Source of the DNA: Mobula hypostoma
Lineage: Eukaryota
Assembly (NCBI RefSeq): GCF_963921235.1
Contig: NC_086108.1
Coordinates: forward strand, 112,408,001-112,472,000
Direction of reading: 5' to 3'
DNA length: 64,000 nucleotides
Shown here: piece after piece, positions 1-12,012 of the stretch
Position numbering within the stretch: position 1 is the stretch's first letter
How the letters are laid out: the number at the start of each line of letters is the position of its first letter
Notes under the pieces: generated by a model
What the model was told of the DNA's origin: nothing
Database searches by the model: none
The model's input: only the letters and a program-made list of their open reading frames with translations
Translations under genes and position numbers: made by a program

Positions 1-585
1 GTAGTGTTCATAGTCCATTCAGCTGTTCCTGAGTCATTGAGAGTGTGTCTTCAGGCCCCTGTACCTCCACCTTGAAGGTAGCAATGAGGGGAGGGCATGT
101 CCTGAGTGATGGGAGTCCTTTATGATAGATGCCACCTTTTTGAGGCATCACCATTTGAAGGTGTCCTCAATTCCTGGGAAACTAGTACCCATGTTGAAGC
201 TGGCTGAGTATACAACCCTCTGCAGCTTTTTCCGATCCTGTGCAGCGGCCTCTCCATACCAGATGCAACCAGTCAGTTTGCTCTCCACAGTACACCTGTA
301 GAAATTGGCAATAGTCTTTGGTTACATACCAAGTTTCTTCAAATTCTTAATGAAATTTAGCCTCTTTGAAGGCATAAATATGCATGAATATGTTGGGCCC
401 AGGATAGATCCTCAGAGATGTTGACACAAAGGAACTTGAAACTGCTCACTCTTTCCACTGCTGATCCCTCGATGAGCACTGGTGTATGTTCCCTCAACTC
501 TTCCTTCCTGATGTCTTACTGACATTCACTGCAAATTTGTTGTCACAACACCACTCAACCAGCTGATCTATCTTGCTTCCTGTAT
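1..585 (-). mobile_element. Degenerate Rex1/Babar-type LINE RT C-terminal fragment
   Basis: Reverse complement matches the better-preserved copies at 18806-19830 and 49163-50019 (e.g. 'gtgagagtgagcagtttcaagttcc', 'ggggcctgaagacacact'); no intact ORF. Confidence 0.75.
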
Positions 586-587
586 AA

Positions 588-1404
588 AACCATAAGACAA
601 TGAGATATAAGAGCAGAATTAGGCCATTTCATCATGGCTGATCATTTTTTCCTCTCGGCTCTATTCTCCTGCCTTCTCCTCTTGTACCTTCATGCCCTGA
701 TGAGTCAAGAATCTATCAAACTCTACCTTAAATAGTCGTGATGACTTGGCCTCCATTGCTGCCCGTGTCAACGAATTTCACAGATTCACCACTCTCCAGC
801 TAAAGAAATTCTCCCTCATCTCTGTACTAAAGCAATGCCCCTATATTCTGAGGTTGGGTCCTCAGATCTCAGACTCTCCTTCCATAGGAAACACTCTCTC
901 ATCCACTCTATCAGGCCTTTCACCATTCGATAGGCTTCAATGAGGTCACCCCTCATTCTCCTGAATCCCAGTGAATACACGTCTAGAGAGAATCAAAGTC
1001 TTCAGATGACAAACCATTCAATCCAATTTTGTGAATCTCCTTTCATCCCTCTCCGGTTTCAACACATCCTTTCTAAGATAAGGGGCCCAAAACTTCTAAC
1101 AATACTCTAAGTGAGGTCTCATCAGTGCTTTATAAAGTCTCAACAATACATCCTTGCTTTTATATTCTAGTCCTCTTGAAATGAATGCTAACATTGCATT
1201 TGCCTTACTCACCACCGACTCAACCTGCAAACTAACCTTTAGGGACCCCTGCACAAGGACTCCCAAGTCCGTTTGCACATCAGGTTTAGAATTTTCTTTC
1301 CATTTAGAAAATAGTCAACCCTTTCATTCCTGATACTGTATTCCATCTACCACTCCTTTGCCCATTCTCTTAATCTGTCTGAGTCCTTCTGTAGCCTCTC
1401 TACT
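588..1404 (-). mobile_element. CR1-clade LINE 3' fragment
   Basis: ORF 1096-1278 DLGVLVQ...KANAMLAFISRGLEYKSKDVLLRLYKALMRPHLEYC; 'ccataagac' tail remnant at ~590. Confidence 0.85.
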
Positions 1405-1691
1405 TGGTGTGCCACAATGTCACCATTCAGGTGACCTATTCAGTACTGAAATCCAGTGGAAAGGAGTCTCCCCAAGGGAAGACAAGCACAGTGAGCCAGC
1501 ACCACCTTTGCAATCTCCCCCTCATAAAAACCTGAGTTACATCATGGAGACACACTTCAATGCAAACAGAACATTCTGGAAATGCCCAACAGGCTTGTGC
1601 AGAGTCTGGAGAGAGAAACAGGTTAACATTTTAGAATTAGAATGTTTAATATTTTCATATAGGCCAAGGTACAGATGCTAGAAACCTTGAA

Positions 1692-2430
1692 CAACATACA
1701 CAAAATGCTGGAGAAACTCGGCAGGTCAGGCAGCATCTATGGAGGAGTATAAACGGTCAATGTTTTGGGTTGAGACCCTTCATCAGGACTGGAAAGGATT
1801 CTGTCCACAACAGCCATTCTGACATGGCCTCTTCTTCCATTATAATAGAGGGAGCAACACCTCATATTCAGTCAGAGTAGCCTCCAATATGACAGGAACA
1901 TCAATTTCACCAATTTCCAACAATCACTCACCCCCACCCCCACTTCTCTTTCTCTATTCCCATTTTGGTTACCCTCTCAACCCTTCTCTTCTCCTTACCT
2001 GCCCAAAACCTCCCCTCTGGGTCCTCTCCTCCTTCCCTTTCTCCCATTGCCCACTATCAGATTCCTTCTTCTTCAGCCCTTTGCATTTTCAACCTATTAC
2101 CTCCCAGCTTCTCACTTCAATCCTCCTTCCCCCTCACCTGGTCTCTCCTATCTCTTTCCAGTTTCTGCTCCTTCCCTTCAGCTGGTCTCACCTGTCACCT
2201 GCCTGTCTGTACTCCTTCCCCTCACACACCTTCTTGTTCAGGCTTCTTCACTCCTTCCTTTCCAGTCCTGATAAAGGGTCTTGGTCTGAAATGTCGACTG
2301 TTTATTCATTTCCGTAGATGCTGCCTGACCTGCTGAGTTCCTCCAGCATTTTGTGTGTGTTGCTCTAGAATTCTGGCATTTTGAGTGTGTGTTGCTCTGG
2401 ATTTCCAGCATCTGCAGAATCTCTTGTGTT
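1692..2430 (+). mobile_element. Old Penelope-like element 3' fragment with an inverted copy of its 3' end at the 5' side
   Basis: 1692-1798 is the reverse complement of 2256-2362; the middle has a decayed GIY-YIG C-terminus (gagcaacacctcatattc = EQHLIF) and a pyrimidine tract; hammerhead remnants at 1755-1790 (-) and 2264-2299 (+). Confidence 0.8.
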
Positions 2431-2518
2431 AATAAAATAGAGTCAATGTAAATCAGTTATTATCTTACTGAATGGCAAAGGAAGCCCAGGAGAACTTTCT
2501 GCCAACTAATCTTATTTA

Positions 2519-2800
2519 TTTTATTTAAAGATACATTGCCGATCAGGCTCTCCCAGCTCAATGAGCCCAGTAACCCACCAATTTAACCCTATTCTAATCA
2601 CAGGACAATTTACAATGACCAATCAGCCTACTAACTGGCATGTCTTTGGATTGTGGGAGGAAACCAGTTCTCCCAGAGAAAACCCATGTGCTCACGGGAG
2701 GGAACATACAAACTTTCTTTCAGAGGACATCAAAACTGAACTCTGAACTTCAGCAACCCAAGCTGTAATAGCGTCACACTAAACACTATGCTACCATGGT
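2519..2800 (-). mobile_element. tRNA-derived V-SINE-like element
   Basis: Reverse strand reads ...tgtatgttccctcccgtgagcacatgggttttctctggg...ggtttcctcccacaatccaaagacatgccagttagtagg... with an A-rich (taaa)n tail; related copies elsewhere in the window. Confidence 0.7.
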
Positions 2801-2985
2801 GCCCATTTCTGGTTGCTTACAAAGCAAAATTCTTGAGCTGTGGTCATATCATCTATCAATCTAACCCTTGCTGAACATGTTTGATGTGGACTCAAACGCC
2901 GTAAAGAACTACTTTTCAAAAGCAACAAAGGGGAAGAAAATATTGTTACACAAAAAGACACCATAGCCACACTAATTTGTCTTAC

Positions 2986-3178
2986 CTCTAAGTCCGTGTG
3001 CAGCAAACTTTGAAGATGGATTGTCTTTCCCTCTTTCAGCCAGAGATACTTCCCATGTTATTCAGACGTGCTGGGTTTCCCCACCCCTTTGTGGGTAGAA
3101 CGAGCCGGATGCAAAGTATGAACGTTGACAGCTATAACCCGTAGCGAGGCTGATACAATTGGGTTCAGTTTCTGTTAC
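2986..3178 (-). other. Candidate spliced exon, probably non-coding or 5' UTR, in a unique island
   Basis: Minus strand: polypyrimidine ttttcgtctcatcttcttaaag| ... TTAGAG|gtaaga donor; 193 nt, retains CpGs, stops in all three frames. Confidence 0.4.
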
Positions 3179-3483
3179 CTTTAAGAAGATGAGACGAAAA
3201 CAGCCTTAGGCCTTTGGGTAACACACATTCCTTTTCATTCAACAATTTTAGATGCAACTATAAATATTATATTTCATTTGCAATGTAAAATTATCCGCAA
3301 AATGGCAGAATTGCCGATCTGTCAAATCGAAGTGAAGAAAAAAAATCAGGTTAATATTTCAGTGTCTCTTTCATCAGGAAACTTAACTGTACCTCAAAAG
3401 AATTTCATATTTTGCATACTTAAATATGAGTATAGCAGCATATTAGGCACAGTTCACCTGGACTTTAATATCAATGCATTAAC

Positions 3484-3750
3484 CATAGAATATAGAACAT
3501 TGAATACTAATGCACAATCCAGGCCCTTCAGAGGGCTCAATGTTGTTCCGACCTTTGAACCCACTCTAAGATCAATCTAACCCTTTCCTCCCACATAATG
3601 CTCCATTTCCCTATGTACCTATTTAAGAGTCTCTTAAATGTCCCTAAAAAATCTGCCTCTACCACTATCCTCAGATGCACATTCCACACACCCTCCACTC
3701 TGTGCGAAGACATACCCCCTATACAGTTCTCCAATTACCTTAAAATTATT
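3484..3750 (-). mobile_element. CR1 LINE 3' end remnant
   Basis: ORF 3537-3734 resembles the CR1 ORF2 C-terminus (RV.GVWN...VVEADFLGTFKRLLNRY). Confidence 0.7.
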
Positions 3751-3868
3751 CCTTCTACAGAAATGCCAACAGCAGCTCTGAGAACCTCATCCCTGGAGAG
3801 GAAGGATCTTCAAAAATGGACTACACCTGGGGACAACTTGAAGAACGGGCCTAGGACAGAAGACCTGT

Positions 3869-6800
3869 TGGTGAGCTGTTGCTGGTGGCAGTGATGGGCT
3901 TAAGAAGAATAAGGTGGAGGATAAATGTGAGGCTGACGGATTGGAGCAGGGGGCAGGGATTCAGATTTCTGGATCATTGGGACCTCTTTTGGGGCAGATG
4001 TGACCTGTACAAAAAGGACGGATTGCACTTGAATCCCAGGGAGACCAATATTCTGGCGGGGAGGTTTGCTAAGGCTACTGGGGAGAGTTTAATCTAGAAT
4101 TCTTGGGGGGTGGGAACCAAACTGAAGAGATGGAGAAAGGGGCGGTTGGCTCACAAATAGAGAAAGCTTGGAGACAGTGCGAGAGGGAGGATAGGCAGGT
4201 GATAGAGAAGGGATACGCTCAGACTGATGGTTTGAAATGTGTCTGTTTTAACGCAAGGAGTATTGTGAACAAAGTGGATGAACTTAGAGCGTGGATCAGT
4301 ACTTGGAGCTATGATGTGGTAGCCATTACAGAGACTTGGATGGCTCTGGGACAGTAATGGTTACTTCAAGTGCTGGGTTTTAGATGCTTCAGAAAGGACA
4401 GGGAGGGAGGCAGAAGAGGTGGGGGTGTGGCATTGTTGATCAGAGATGGTATCACGGCTGCAGAAAAGGTGGAGGTCATGGAGGGATTGTCTACGGAATC
4501 TCTGTGGGTGGAGGTTAGGAACAGGAAGGGATCAATAACTTTACTGGGTGTTTTTTATAGGCCGCCCAATAGTAACAGGGTTATCGAGGAGCAGATAGGG
4601 AAACAGATTCTGGAAAGGAGTAATAATAACAGATGTTGTGATGGGAGATTTCAATTTTCCAAATATTGATTGGCATATCCCTAGAGCAAGGGGTTTAGAT
4701 GGGGTGGAGTTTGTTAGGTGTGTTCAGGAAGCTCCTTGACACAATATGTAGATAAGCCTACAAGAGGAGAGACTGTACTTGATTTGGTATTGGGAAATGA
4801 ACCTGGTCAGGTGTCAGATCTCTCAGTGGGAGAGCATTTTAGAGATAGTGATCATAATTCTATCTCCTTTACAACAGCGTTGGAGAGAGATAGGAGCAGA
4901 CAAGTTAGAAAAGCGTTTAATTGGAGTAAGGGGAATTATGAGACTATCAGGCAGGAACTTGGAAGCTTAAATTGGGCACACATGTTCTCAGGGAAAAGTA
5001 CGGAAGAAATGCAACAAATGTTGAGAGGATATTTGTGTGGAGTTCTACATAGGTACGTTCCAATGAGACAGGGAAGTTATGGTAGAGTACAGGAACTGTG
5101 GTGTACAAAGGCTGTAATAAACCTAGTCAAGAAAAAAAGAAAAGCTCACGAAAGGTTTAGAGAGCTAGGTAATGTCAGAGATCTAGAAGATTATCAGGCT
5201 AATAGGAAGGAGCTTAAGAAGGAAATTAGGAGAGCCAGAAGGGGCATGAGAAGACCTTGGTGGGAAGGATTAAGAAAAGCACCAAGGCATTCTACAAGTA
5301 TGTGAAGAGCAAGAGGATAAGATGCGAAAGAATAGGACCTGTCAAGCATGGCATTGGGAAAGTGTGTATGGAACCGGAGGAAATAGTAGATGTAATTAAT
5401 GAATACTTTACTTCAGTATTCACTATGGAAAAGGATCTTGGTGATTGTAGTGATGACTTGCAGCAGACTGAAAAGCTTGAGCATGTAGATATTAAGAAAG
5501 AGGATGCGCTGGAGCTGTTGGAAAGCATCAAGTTGGATAAGTCGCCAGGATCGGATGAGATGTACCCCAGGCTACAGTGGGAGGTGAAGGAGGAGATTGC
5601 TGAGCATCTGGCGATGATCATTGCATCATCAATGGAGATGGGAGAGGTTCCAGAGGATTGGAGGGTTGCAGATGTTGTTCCATTATTCAAGAAAGGGAGT
5701 AGAGATAGCCCAGGAAATTATAGACCAGTGAGTCTTACTTCAGTGGTTGGTAAGCTGATGGAGAAGATCCTGAGAGGCAGGATTTATGAACATTTGGAGA
5801 GGTATAATATGATTAGAAATAGTCAGCATGGCTTTGTCAAAGGCAGGTCATGCCTTATGAGCCTGATTGAATTTTTTGAGGATGTACTGAACACACTGAT
5901 GAAGGAAGAGCAGTAGATGTAGTGTATATGGATTTCAGCAAGGCATTTGATAAGTTACCCCATGCAAGGCTTATTGAGAAAGTAAGGAGGCACAGAATCC
6001 AAGGGAACATTGCTTTGTGGATCCAGAACTGGCTTGCCTACAGAAGGCGAAGGGTGGTTATAGATGGGTCATTTTCTGCATGGAGGTCGGTGACCAGTGG
6101 TGTGCCTCAGGGATCTGTTCTGGGACCCATACTCTTCGTGATTTTTATAAATGACCTGGATGAGGAAGTGGAAGAATGGGTTAGTAAGTTTGTTGATGAC
6201 ACAAAGGTTGGAGGTGTTGTGGATAGTGTGGAGGGCTGTCAGAGGTTATAGGGGGACATTGATAGGATACAAAAATGGGCTGAGAAGTGGCAGATGAATT
6301 TCAATCCAAATAAGTGTGAAGTGGTTCATTTTGGTAGGTCAAATATGATGACAGTATATAGCATTAAAGGTGAGATTCTTGGCAGTGTTGAGGATCAGGG
6401 GGATCTTAGGGTCTGAGTCCCTAGGACGCTCAAAGCAGCTGCGCAGGTTGACTCTGTGGTTAAGAAGGCATACGGGGTATTGACCTTCATCAATCGTGGA
6501 ATTGAATTTAGGAGCCGAGAGGTAATGTTGCAGCTATATAGGACCCTGGTCAGACCCCACTTGGAGTACTGTGGTCAGTTCTGGTCGCCTCACTACAGGA
6601 AGGATGTGGAAACCATAGGAAGGGTGCAGAGGAGATTTACAAGGATGTTGCCTGGATTGGGGAGCATGCCTCATGAAAACAGGTTGAGTGAACTCGGCCT
6701 TTTCTCCTTGGAGCGACAGAGGATGAGAGGTGACCTGATAGAGGTGTATAAGATGATGAGAGGCATTGATCGTGTGGATAGTCAGAGGCTTTTTCCCAGG

Positions 6801-7103
6801 GCTGAAATGGTTGCCACAAGAGGACACAGGTTTAAGGTGCTGGGAAGTAGGTACAGAGGAGATGTCAGGGATATGTTTTTCACTCAGAGAGTGGTGAGTG
6901 CGTGTAATCATCTGCTGGCAACGGTGGTGGAGGCAGATATGATAGGGTCTTTTAAGAGACTTTTGGATAGGTACATGGAGCTTAGAAAAATAGAGGACTA
7001 TAGGTAAGCCTAGTAATTTCTAAGGTAGGGACATGTTCGGCACAACTTTGTGGGCCGAGGGGCCTGAATTGCGCAGTAGCTTTTCCATGTTTCTATGTTT
7101 CTA
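3869..7103 (+). mobile_element. Near full-length CR1 LINE (end of ORF1 esterase plus disrupted APE-RT ORF2)
   Basis: ORF1 end DLYKKDGLHLN; APE motifs NARSIVNK, VAITETW, GGGVALL, FYRPP, SDHN; RT motifs [31 protein letters not shown]; (TTCTATGT)n tail at ~7080-7103; several frameshifts and stops. Confidence 0.95.
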
Positions 7104-7509
7104 AGAAGAAGAAGAAGTGATGTGTGGGTAATCGATAGTGGGGGTGTGGGAATGCAAACTAGAATGGTTGATGAGATTAACTGCATGGGGAAAGAAACTT
7201 TTAAGATGGTGTGAAATTTTTGTTTTAATACCCCTATAGTGCTTTCCAGAAGGGAACGCTTGGAAAAGGCAATTTGCAGAGTTCCCATCGGAGAATGATT
7301 ATGCCAGAGGAATGGAACCGCCAATTACATTTAGTAGAAATGCTGTAACCTATGTGTGGAACTCATCCTTGCAAGAATGTTTTCTTGCCTTTTAACATGA
7401 TACTTGATTGGTGACACAACTGTGGTCCTGTTGAGCTAAAAGTTCAGTCAGAATGTCTACTGTCATAGTATAGGTGTGAATCATTTGAGCAAAATTTAGT
7501 ATCTGATAT

Positions 7510-9085
7510 TACATAGAACACTACAGCACAGTACAGGCAGGCCCTTCAGACCACAATATTGTGCTGCACTTTGAACCCACTCTAAGATCAATCTAACCCT
7601 TTCCTCCTACATAGCCTTCCATTTTTCCATCATCCACGTGCCTATTGAGAGTCTCTTAAATGTCCCTGATGTACCCTCCTTTACAACACCCCCAGCAGCA
7701 CGTTCCATACACCCAGCACTCTCTGTGTGTGAAGAGCCTACCTCTGACATCCCCCTCTATACTTCCCTCTAGTTACCTTAAAATTAAGCCCCCTTGTATT
7801 AGTGTCATGGCCCGGTCCATGAAGTCCGCATTCCAGTTCACGGTCTGGTCCATCGACCCTTGCTCCAGGTTTTCCTGTCTACCCTGTTTCTGTTCCTGTT
7901 GAGCACTAATTAAGGCAGCTGATTCTTGATGGGGCTGGCTGCATAAATACCGCCAGAGACCAGGGCGTTGCTGCTGTATTGTTCTTGTCCTTACTCCTTG
8001 TATCCCTTCCCCTGCCTTCTGTTTTCTCGCCTGAAGCCCTGTCTTGTCTTGCCGGTAAATCCCGCCTCGCCTGAGGTTCTTGTCTCACCTTGCATTGCCT
8101 GAAGCCTTGCCTTGTCTTGCCAGTAACTCTAGCCTCGCCTGAAGTTCTTGTCTTGCCTTGCATTGCCTGAAGCCTTGCGTTGTCTTGCTAGTAACTCTCA
8201 CCTTGTCTCGCCTGCAGCCTTGTCCTGGAGCCACCCTGTACCTAGCTCCCTTCCTGTCCCTTGCCTCCGCCGGGTAAGTCAGGCCATCTTGCCATTACCC
8301 TGTGGTTGGTTCTGTCCCTTCCTGTCCCTGGCCTCTGTCGGGTATGCCAGGCTGTCTTGCCATAACCCTATGGTTGGTTCTGTCCCTTCTTGTCTCTTGC
8401 CTCCGTTGGGTAAGTCAGGCCGTCTTGCCGTTACCTGCGGTTGGTTCTGTCCCTTCCTGTCCCTTGCCTTCGCCGGGTAAGTCAGGCTATCTTGCCATTA
8501 CCTGTGGTTGGTTCTGTCCCTCCCTGTCCCTTGCCTCCATCAGGTGGAGTACCGCGCCCTGCCCAGGAGGAGCTTCAAGACCTCAAGCCTCAAGCCTCGC
8601 CCCAAGCCAAGCTTCAAGACCCCTAGCCTCAAGTCTCTCGCCCCAGGTCTCTGGTCTCCTGCCTCGCCCCAGGTCTCTGATCTCTGGCCTCACCCCAGGT
8701 CTCAAGCCCTGCCTCAAGTCTCAAGACTCCAGCCTCGTCCGGCCTGCCAGCCAAGTCACGTTCTTGCCTAGTTCTGGGGTCCGAGCCAGAGGCAAGACCT
8801 AGGTTCTGGGTCCTTGTCCAGTCTCTGGCTCGGAGTCCAAGCCCGGGCTCCTAGCTCTTTTGTCCAGTCCTGTTCCGGGTTTCCAGTTTTTGAGTCCATG
8901 TCCTAGCCCTCACTCTGTATCCTAGTCCTGTCCCTAGTACTTCAGTGTCTGTCTTGCATTTGGGTCCATTCCCAGCCACCACCCTATGACAATTAGCCAT
9001 TTCCACCCTGGGAAAAAGTCTGTGGCTGGTCACTCGAACTATGCCTCTGATCATCTTATACACTTCTGTCATGTCACTGCTAAGC
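7510..9085 (-). mobile_element. CR1 3' remnant split by the solo LTR
   Basis: Removing 7803-8996 rejoins 'cccccttgtattag|ccatttccaccctgggaaaaag', the CR1 3' sequence also seen at 38978-39006. Confidence 0.8.
7803..8991 (+). mobile_element. Solo LTR (1189 bp) with internal tandem repeats
   Basis: Termini TGTCAT...ATGACA; 5-bp TSD ATTAG at 7798-7802 and 8992-8996; TATA-like cataaata at ~7943 (basis for the orientation, tentative); ~60-bp tandem units at ~8020-8540. Confidence 0.85.
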
Positions 9086-9154
9086 CTCCAAAGTTATCTC
9101 ACACTGGCTCACCTCAAATATGTGACTGCTCCAGATGAATGAAACATGCCAAAA

Positions 9155-9555
9155 AAAGGTTAGGACTTTATTCCCTGGCAAGTAGGAGAATGAAGGGAGA
9201 TTTGATAGAGATATACAAAATTATGAGAGCTACAGATAGAATAGATGCAAGCAGGCTTTTTCTGCTGTGGTTGGGTGAGACTAGAACTAGGGTCAATAGT
9301 TTGAGGAGAACCTGAGTGGTATTTTCTTCACTAAGAGTGTGGTGAAACTGTGGAATAAGCAGTAGGCAGAAGTGGTGGATGTGGTTTTGATTTCAACATT
9401 TAAGAGAAGCTTAAATAAGTAGTTGAATAGATGGGAGGGGTACGGAGGGCTACGTCTGGATGCAGGTCAATAGGAGAAGGCAGATTAACAGTCCCGCACT
9501 GACGAGATTGGTTGAAGGCCCAGTTGCTCCACTGCAGTGTTCTATGACTCTATGA
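9155..9555 (+). mobile_element. Decayed CR1 3' end
   Basis: 'aggagaatgaagggagatttgatagagatatacaaaattatg' (RRM.GDLIEIYKIM) and a ctatgact tail. Confidence 0.7.
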
Positions 9556-9596
9556 CCCCATCCAATTGTCTGGAAAATCAAACAGACCAACACACC

Positions 9597-9900
9597 AGAG
9601 CAACACACACACAAAATGCTGGAGGAACTCAGCAAGTCAGACAGCATCTATGGAAATGAATAAACAGTCAAGGTTTCGGGCCAAGACAGTTCTTCAGGAC
9701 AGGAAAGGAAGGGGGAAGACACCAGAATAGAATGGTATGGTGGGGGAAGGAGGATAGCTAGAAGGTGAAAGGTGAAATCAAGTGGGTTGGAAGGGTAAAA
9801 GGCTGGAGAAGAAGGAATCTGATTGGAGAGGAGTGGACCATTACAGAAAGGGAAGGAGGAAGGGACCCAGGGGGAGGTGATAGGCAAGTGAGAAGATAGA
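9597..9900 (-). mobile_element. Old Penelope-like element 3' end
   Basis: caacacacacaaaatgctggaggaactcagc end, degenerate hammerhead at ~9666-9700, purine tract on the + strand. Confidence 0.75.
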
Positions 9901-9959
9901 CAGCACACCGGAATCCCACCTGCATCAGTGCTGTGAGAGAGCAGATCTGCTGTCAGTAA

Positions 9960-11145
9960 TGGAATTGGTTTATGATTGTTGCATATACAGAACTACATGG
10001 TGAATTGAGGCAGAACAAGGGAAAACAATAACAAAATGCAGAATAAAGTGCAACAGCTACAGAGAAAATGCAGTGCAGGTAAACAATGAGGTGCAAGATC
10101 ATATTGGGGTAGGTTGTGAGGTAAGAGTCTGACTTATCATACTACTGTATAAAGTCAATTAATAGCCTAATAATAGTGGAGTAGAAGCTGTCCTTGAGCC
10201 TGGTGATATGTGCTTACAGCTTTTTGTATCTCCTGTCTGATGGGAGAGGGGAGAAAAGAAAATGTCTGGAGTGGGTGGGGTCTTTGATTATGCTGGCTGC
10301 TTTACCGAGATGGTGAGAAATGTAGACAGAGTCCATGGAGGGGTTAGGTTGGCTTGCGTGATGTGCTGAGCTGTGTCCACAACTCTCTGCAGTTTCTTGA
10401 AGTCACAGACAGAGTGTAAAAGGCCGAAGAAGAAGGAATCTGATAGGAGAGGAGAGTGAACCATGGGAGAAAGGGAAGGAGGAGGGGCACTAGTGGGAAG
10501 AGATAGGCAGGTGAGGAGTAGAGAAGGGGTGAGAAGGGAACCAGTGTGGGGCATGGAGGAGAGGGAAGTGGGAGGGGAAAAAAATTACCAGAAGTTGCCA
10601 GTGATATTAAATCTAATTCTGATCTCCTTTCCAGTCCTGATGAAGGGTCTTGGCCCAAACCGTTGACTGTTTTTTCCATTTCCATAGATGCTGCCTGACC
10701 TGCTGAGTTCCTCCAGCATTTGGTGTGTGTTGCTTTGGATGCTTTCAATGGTGCATTGATAAAAATTGGTAAGCATTGATGTAGGCATGCCAAGTTTCTT
10801 GGCCTCCTAAGGAAGTAGGAGCATTGGTGAGCATTTTTGACATCAATGTGGTTGGACCAGGAGAGGCTAATGGTAATGTTCAGTCCGAGGAACTTGAAGC
10901 CTCAGCCCTCAATACCTCAGCATCATTGACATAGAGAGAAGCGTGCAACCACCCCTCTTTCTGAAGTCAAAGACCATCTCTTTTGTTGGCATTGGAAGAA
11001 AGGTTTATGACACCATGTCACTGGGCTCTCAATCTCCTTTCAGTGCTCCAACTCATCGTTAATTGAGATACGACGTCACCTGCAACATACAGACAGAGTT
11101 AGAGCAGGATCGGGTCACACAGTGGTGAGTGTACAGGCAGTACCA
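9960..11145 (-). mobile_element. Decayed Rex1/Babar-type LINE 3' part containing a PLE fragment at ~10413-10740
   Basis: Minus-strand peptides MLTNFYQCTIESI and KKLQRVVDTAQHIT flank PLE-derived sequence with a hammerhead remnant at 10633-10668. Confidence 0.7.
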
Positions 11146-11154
11146 CTTAGGTTT

Positions 11155-11529
11155 CATAGTCATAGTCATAGTCATACTTTATTGATCCCGGGGGAAATTG
11201 GTTTTCATTACAGTTGCACCATAAATAATAAATAGTAATAAAACCATAAATAGTTAAATAGTAATATGTAAATTATGCCAGGAAATAAGTCCAGGACCAG
11301 CCTATTGGCTCAGGGTGTCTGACCCTCCAAGGGAGGAGTTGTAAAGTTTGATGGCCACAGGCAGGAATGACTTCCTATGACGCTCTGTGTTGCATCTCGG
11401 TGGAATGAGTCTCTGGCTGAATGTACTCCTGTGCCCAACCAGTACATTATGTAGTGGATGGGAGACATTGTCCAAGATGGCATGCAACTTGGACAGCATC
11501 CTCTTTTCAGACACCACCGTCAGAGAGTC
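11155..11529 (-). mobile_element. Young 5'-truncated LINE 3' end (Rex1/Babar-like) with (CTATGA)n tail
   Basis: ORF 11302-11517 ...SHPLH...RCNTERHRKSFLPVAIKLYNS; aataaa then a (catagt)n tail on +; near-identical copy at 15818-16320. Confidence 0.8.
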
Positions 11530-11680
11530 AGTGAGTTTGTAAACTCACAGTTTCTGTAGCACCCTGGAGAGAGGTGTGAAGCCAGGGACATGTGAGTAAA
11601 AACATTTAAAAGATTAAGAAACACACATAAAAGTTGCTGGTGAATGCAGCAGGCCAGGCAGCATCTCTAGGAAGAGGTGC

Positions 11681-11716
11681 AGTCGACGTTTCAGGCCGAG
11701 ACCCTTCGTCAGGACT
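11681..11716 (-). ncRNA. Minimal type I hammerhead ribozyme motif of the PLE
   Basis: Minus strand AGTC CTGACGA AGGGTCTCGGCCT GAAA CG TC GACT: intact CUGAnGA/GAAA core, helix II, palindromic ACGT in place of helix III, helix I AGTC/GACT. Confidence 0.85.
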
Positions 11717-12012
11717 AACTGAAGGAAAAGTGAGTAAGGGATTTGAAAGTTGGAGGGGGAGGGGGAGATCCAAAATGATAGGAGAAGACAGGAGGGGGAG
11801 GGATGGAGCCAAGAGCTGGACAGGTGATAGGCAAAAGGGATACGAGAGGATCATGGGACAAGAGGTCCGGGAAGAAAGAGAAGGGGCGGGGGGGGACCCA
11901 GAGGATGGGCAAGGGGTATATTCAGAGGGACAGAGGGAGAAAAAGGAGAGTGAGAGAAAGAATGTGTGTATAAAAATAAGTAACAGATGGGGTACGAGGG
12001 GGAGGTGGGGCA

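Noticed and set aside
1889..2336. Pro/Ser/Leu/Phe-rich ORFs (also near 10288, 11606, 35938, 47583, 57001, 61128)
   Set aside because: Translations of polypyrimidine tracts in PLE 3' regions or simple repeats
7906..8802. Cys/Pro/Ser-rich ORFs
   Set aside because: Translations of tandem repeats within the solo LTR
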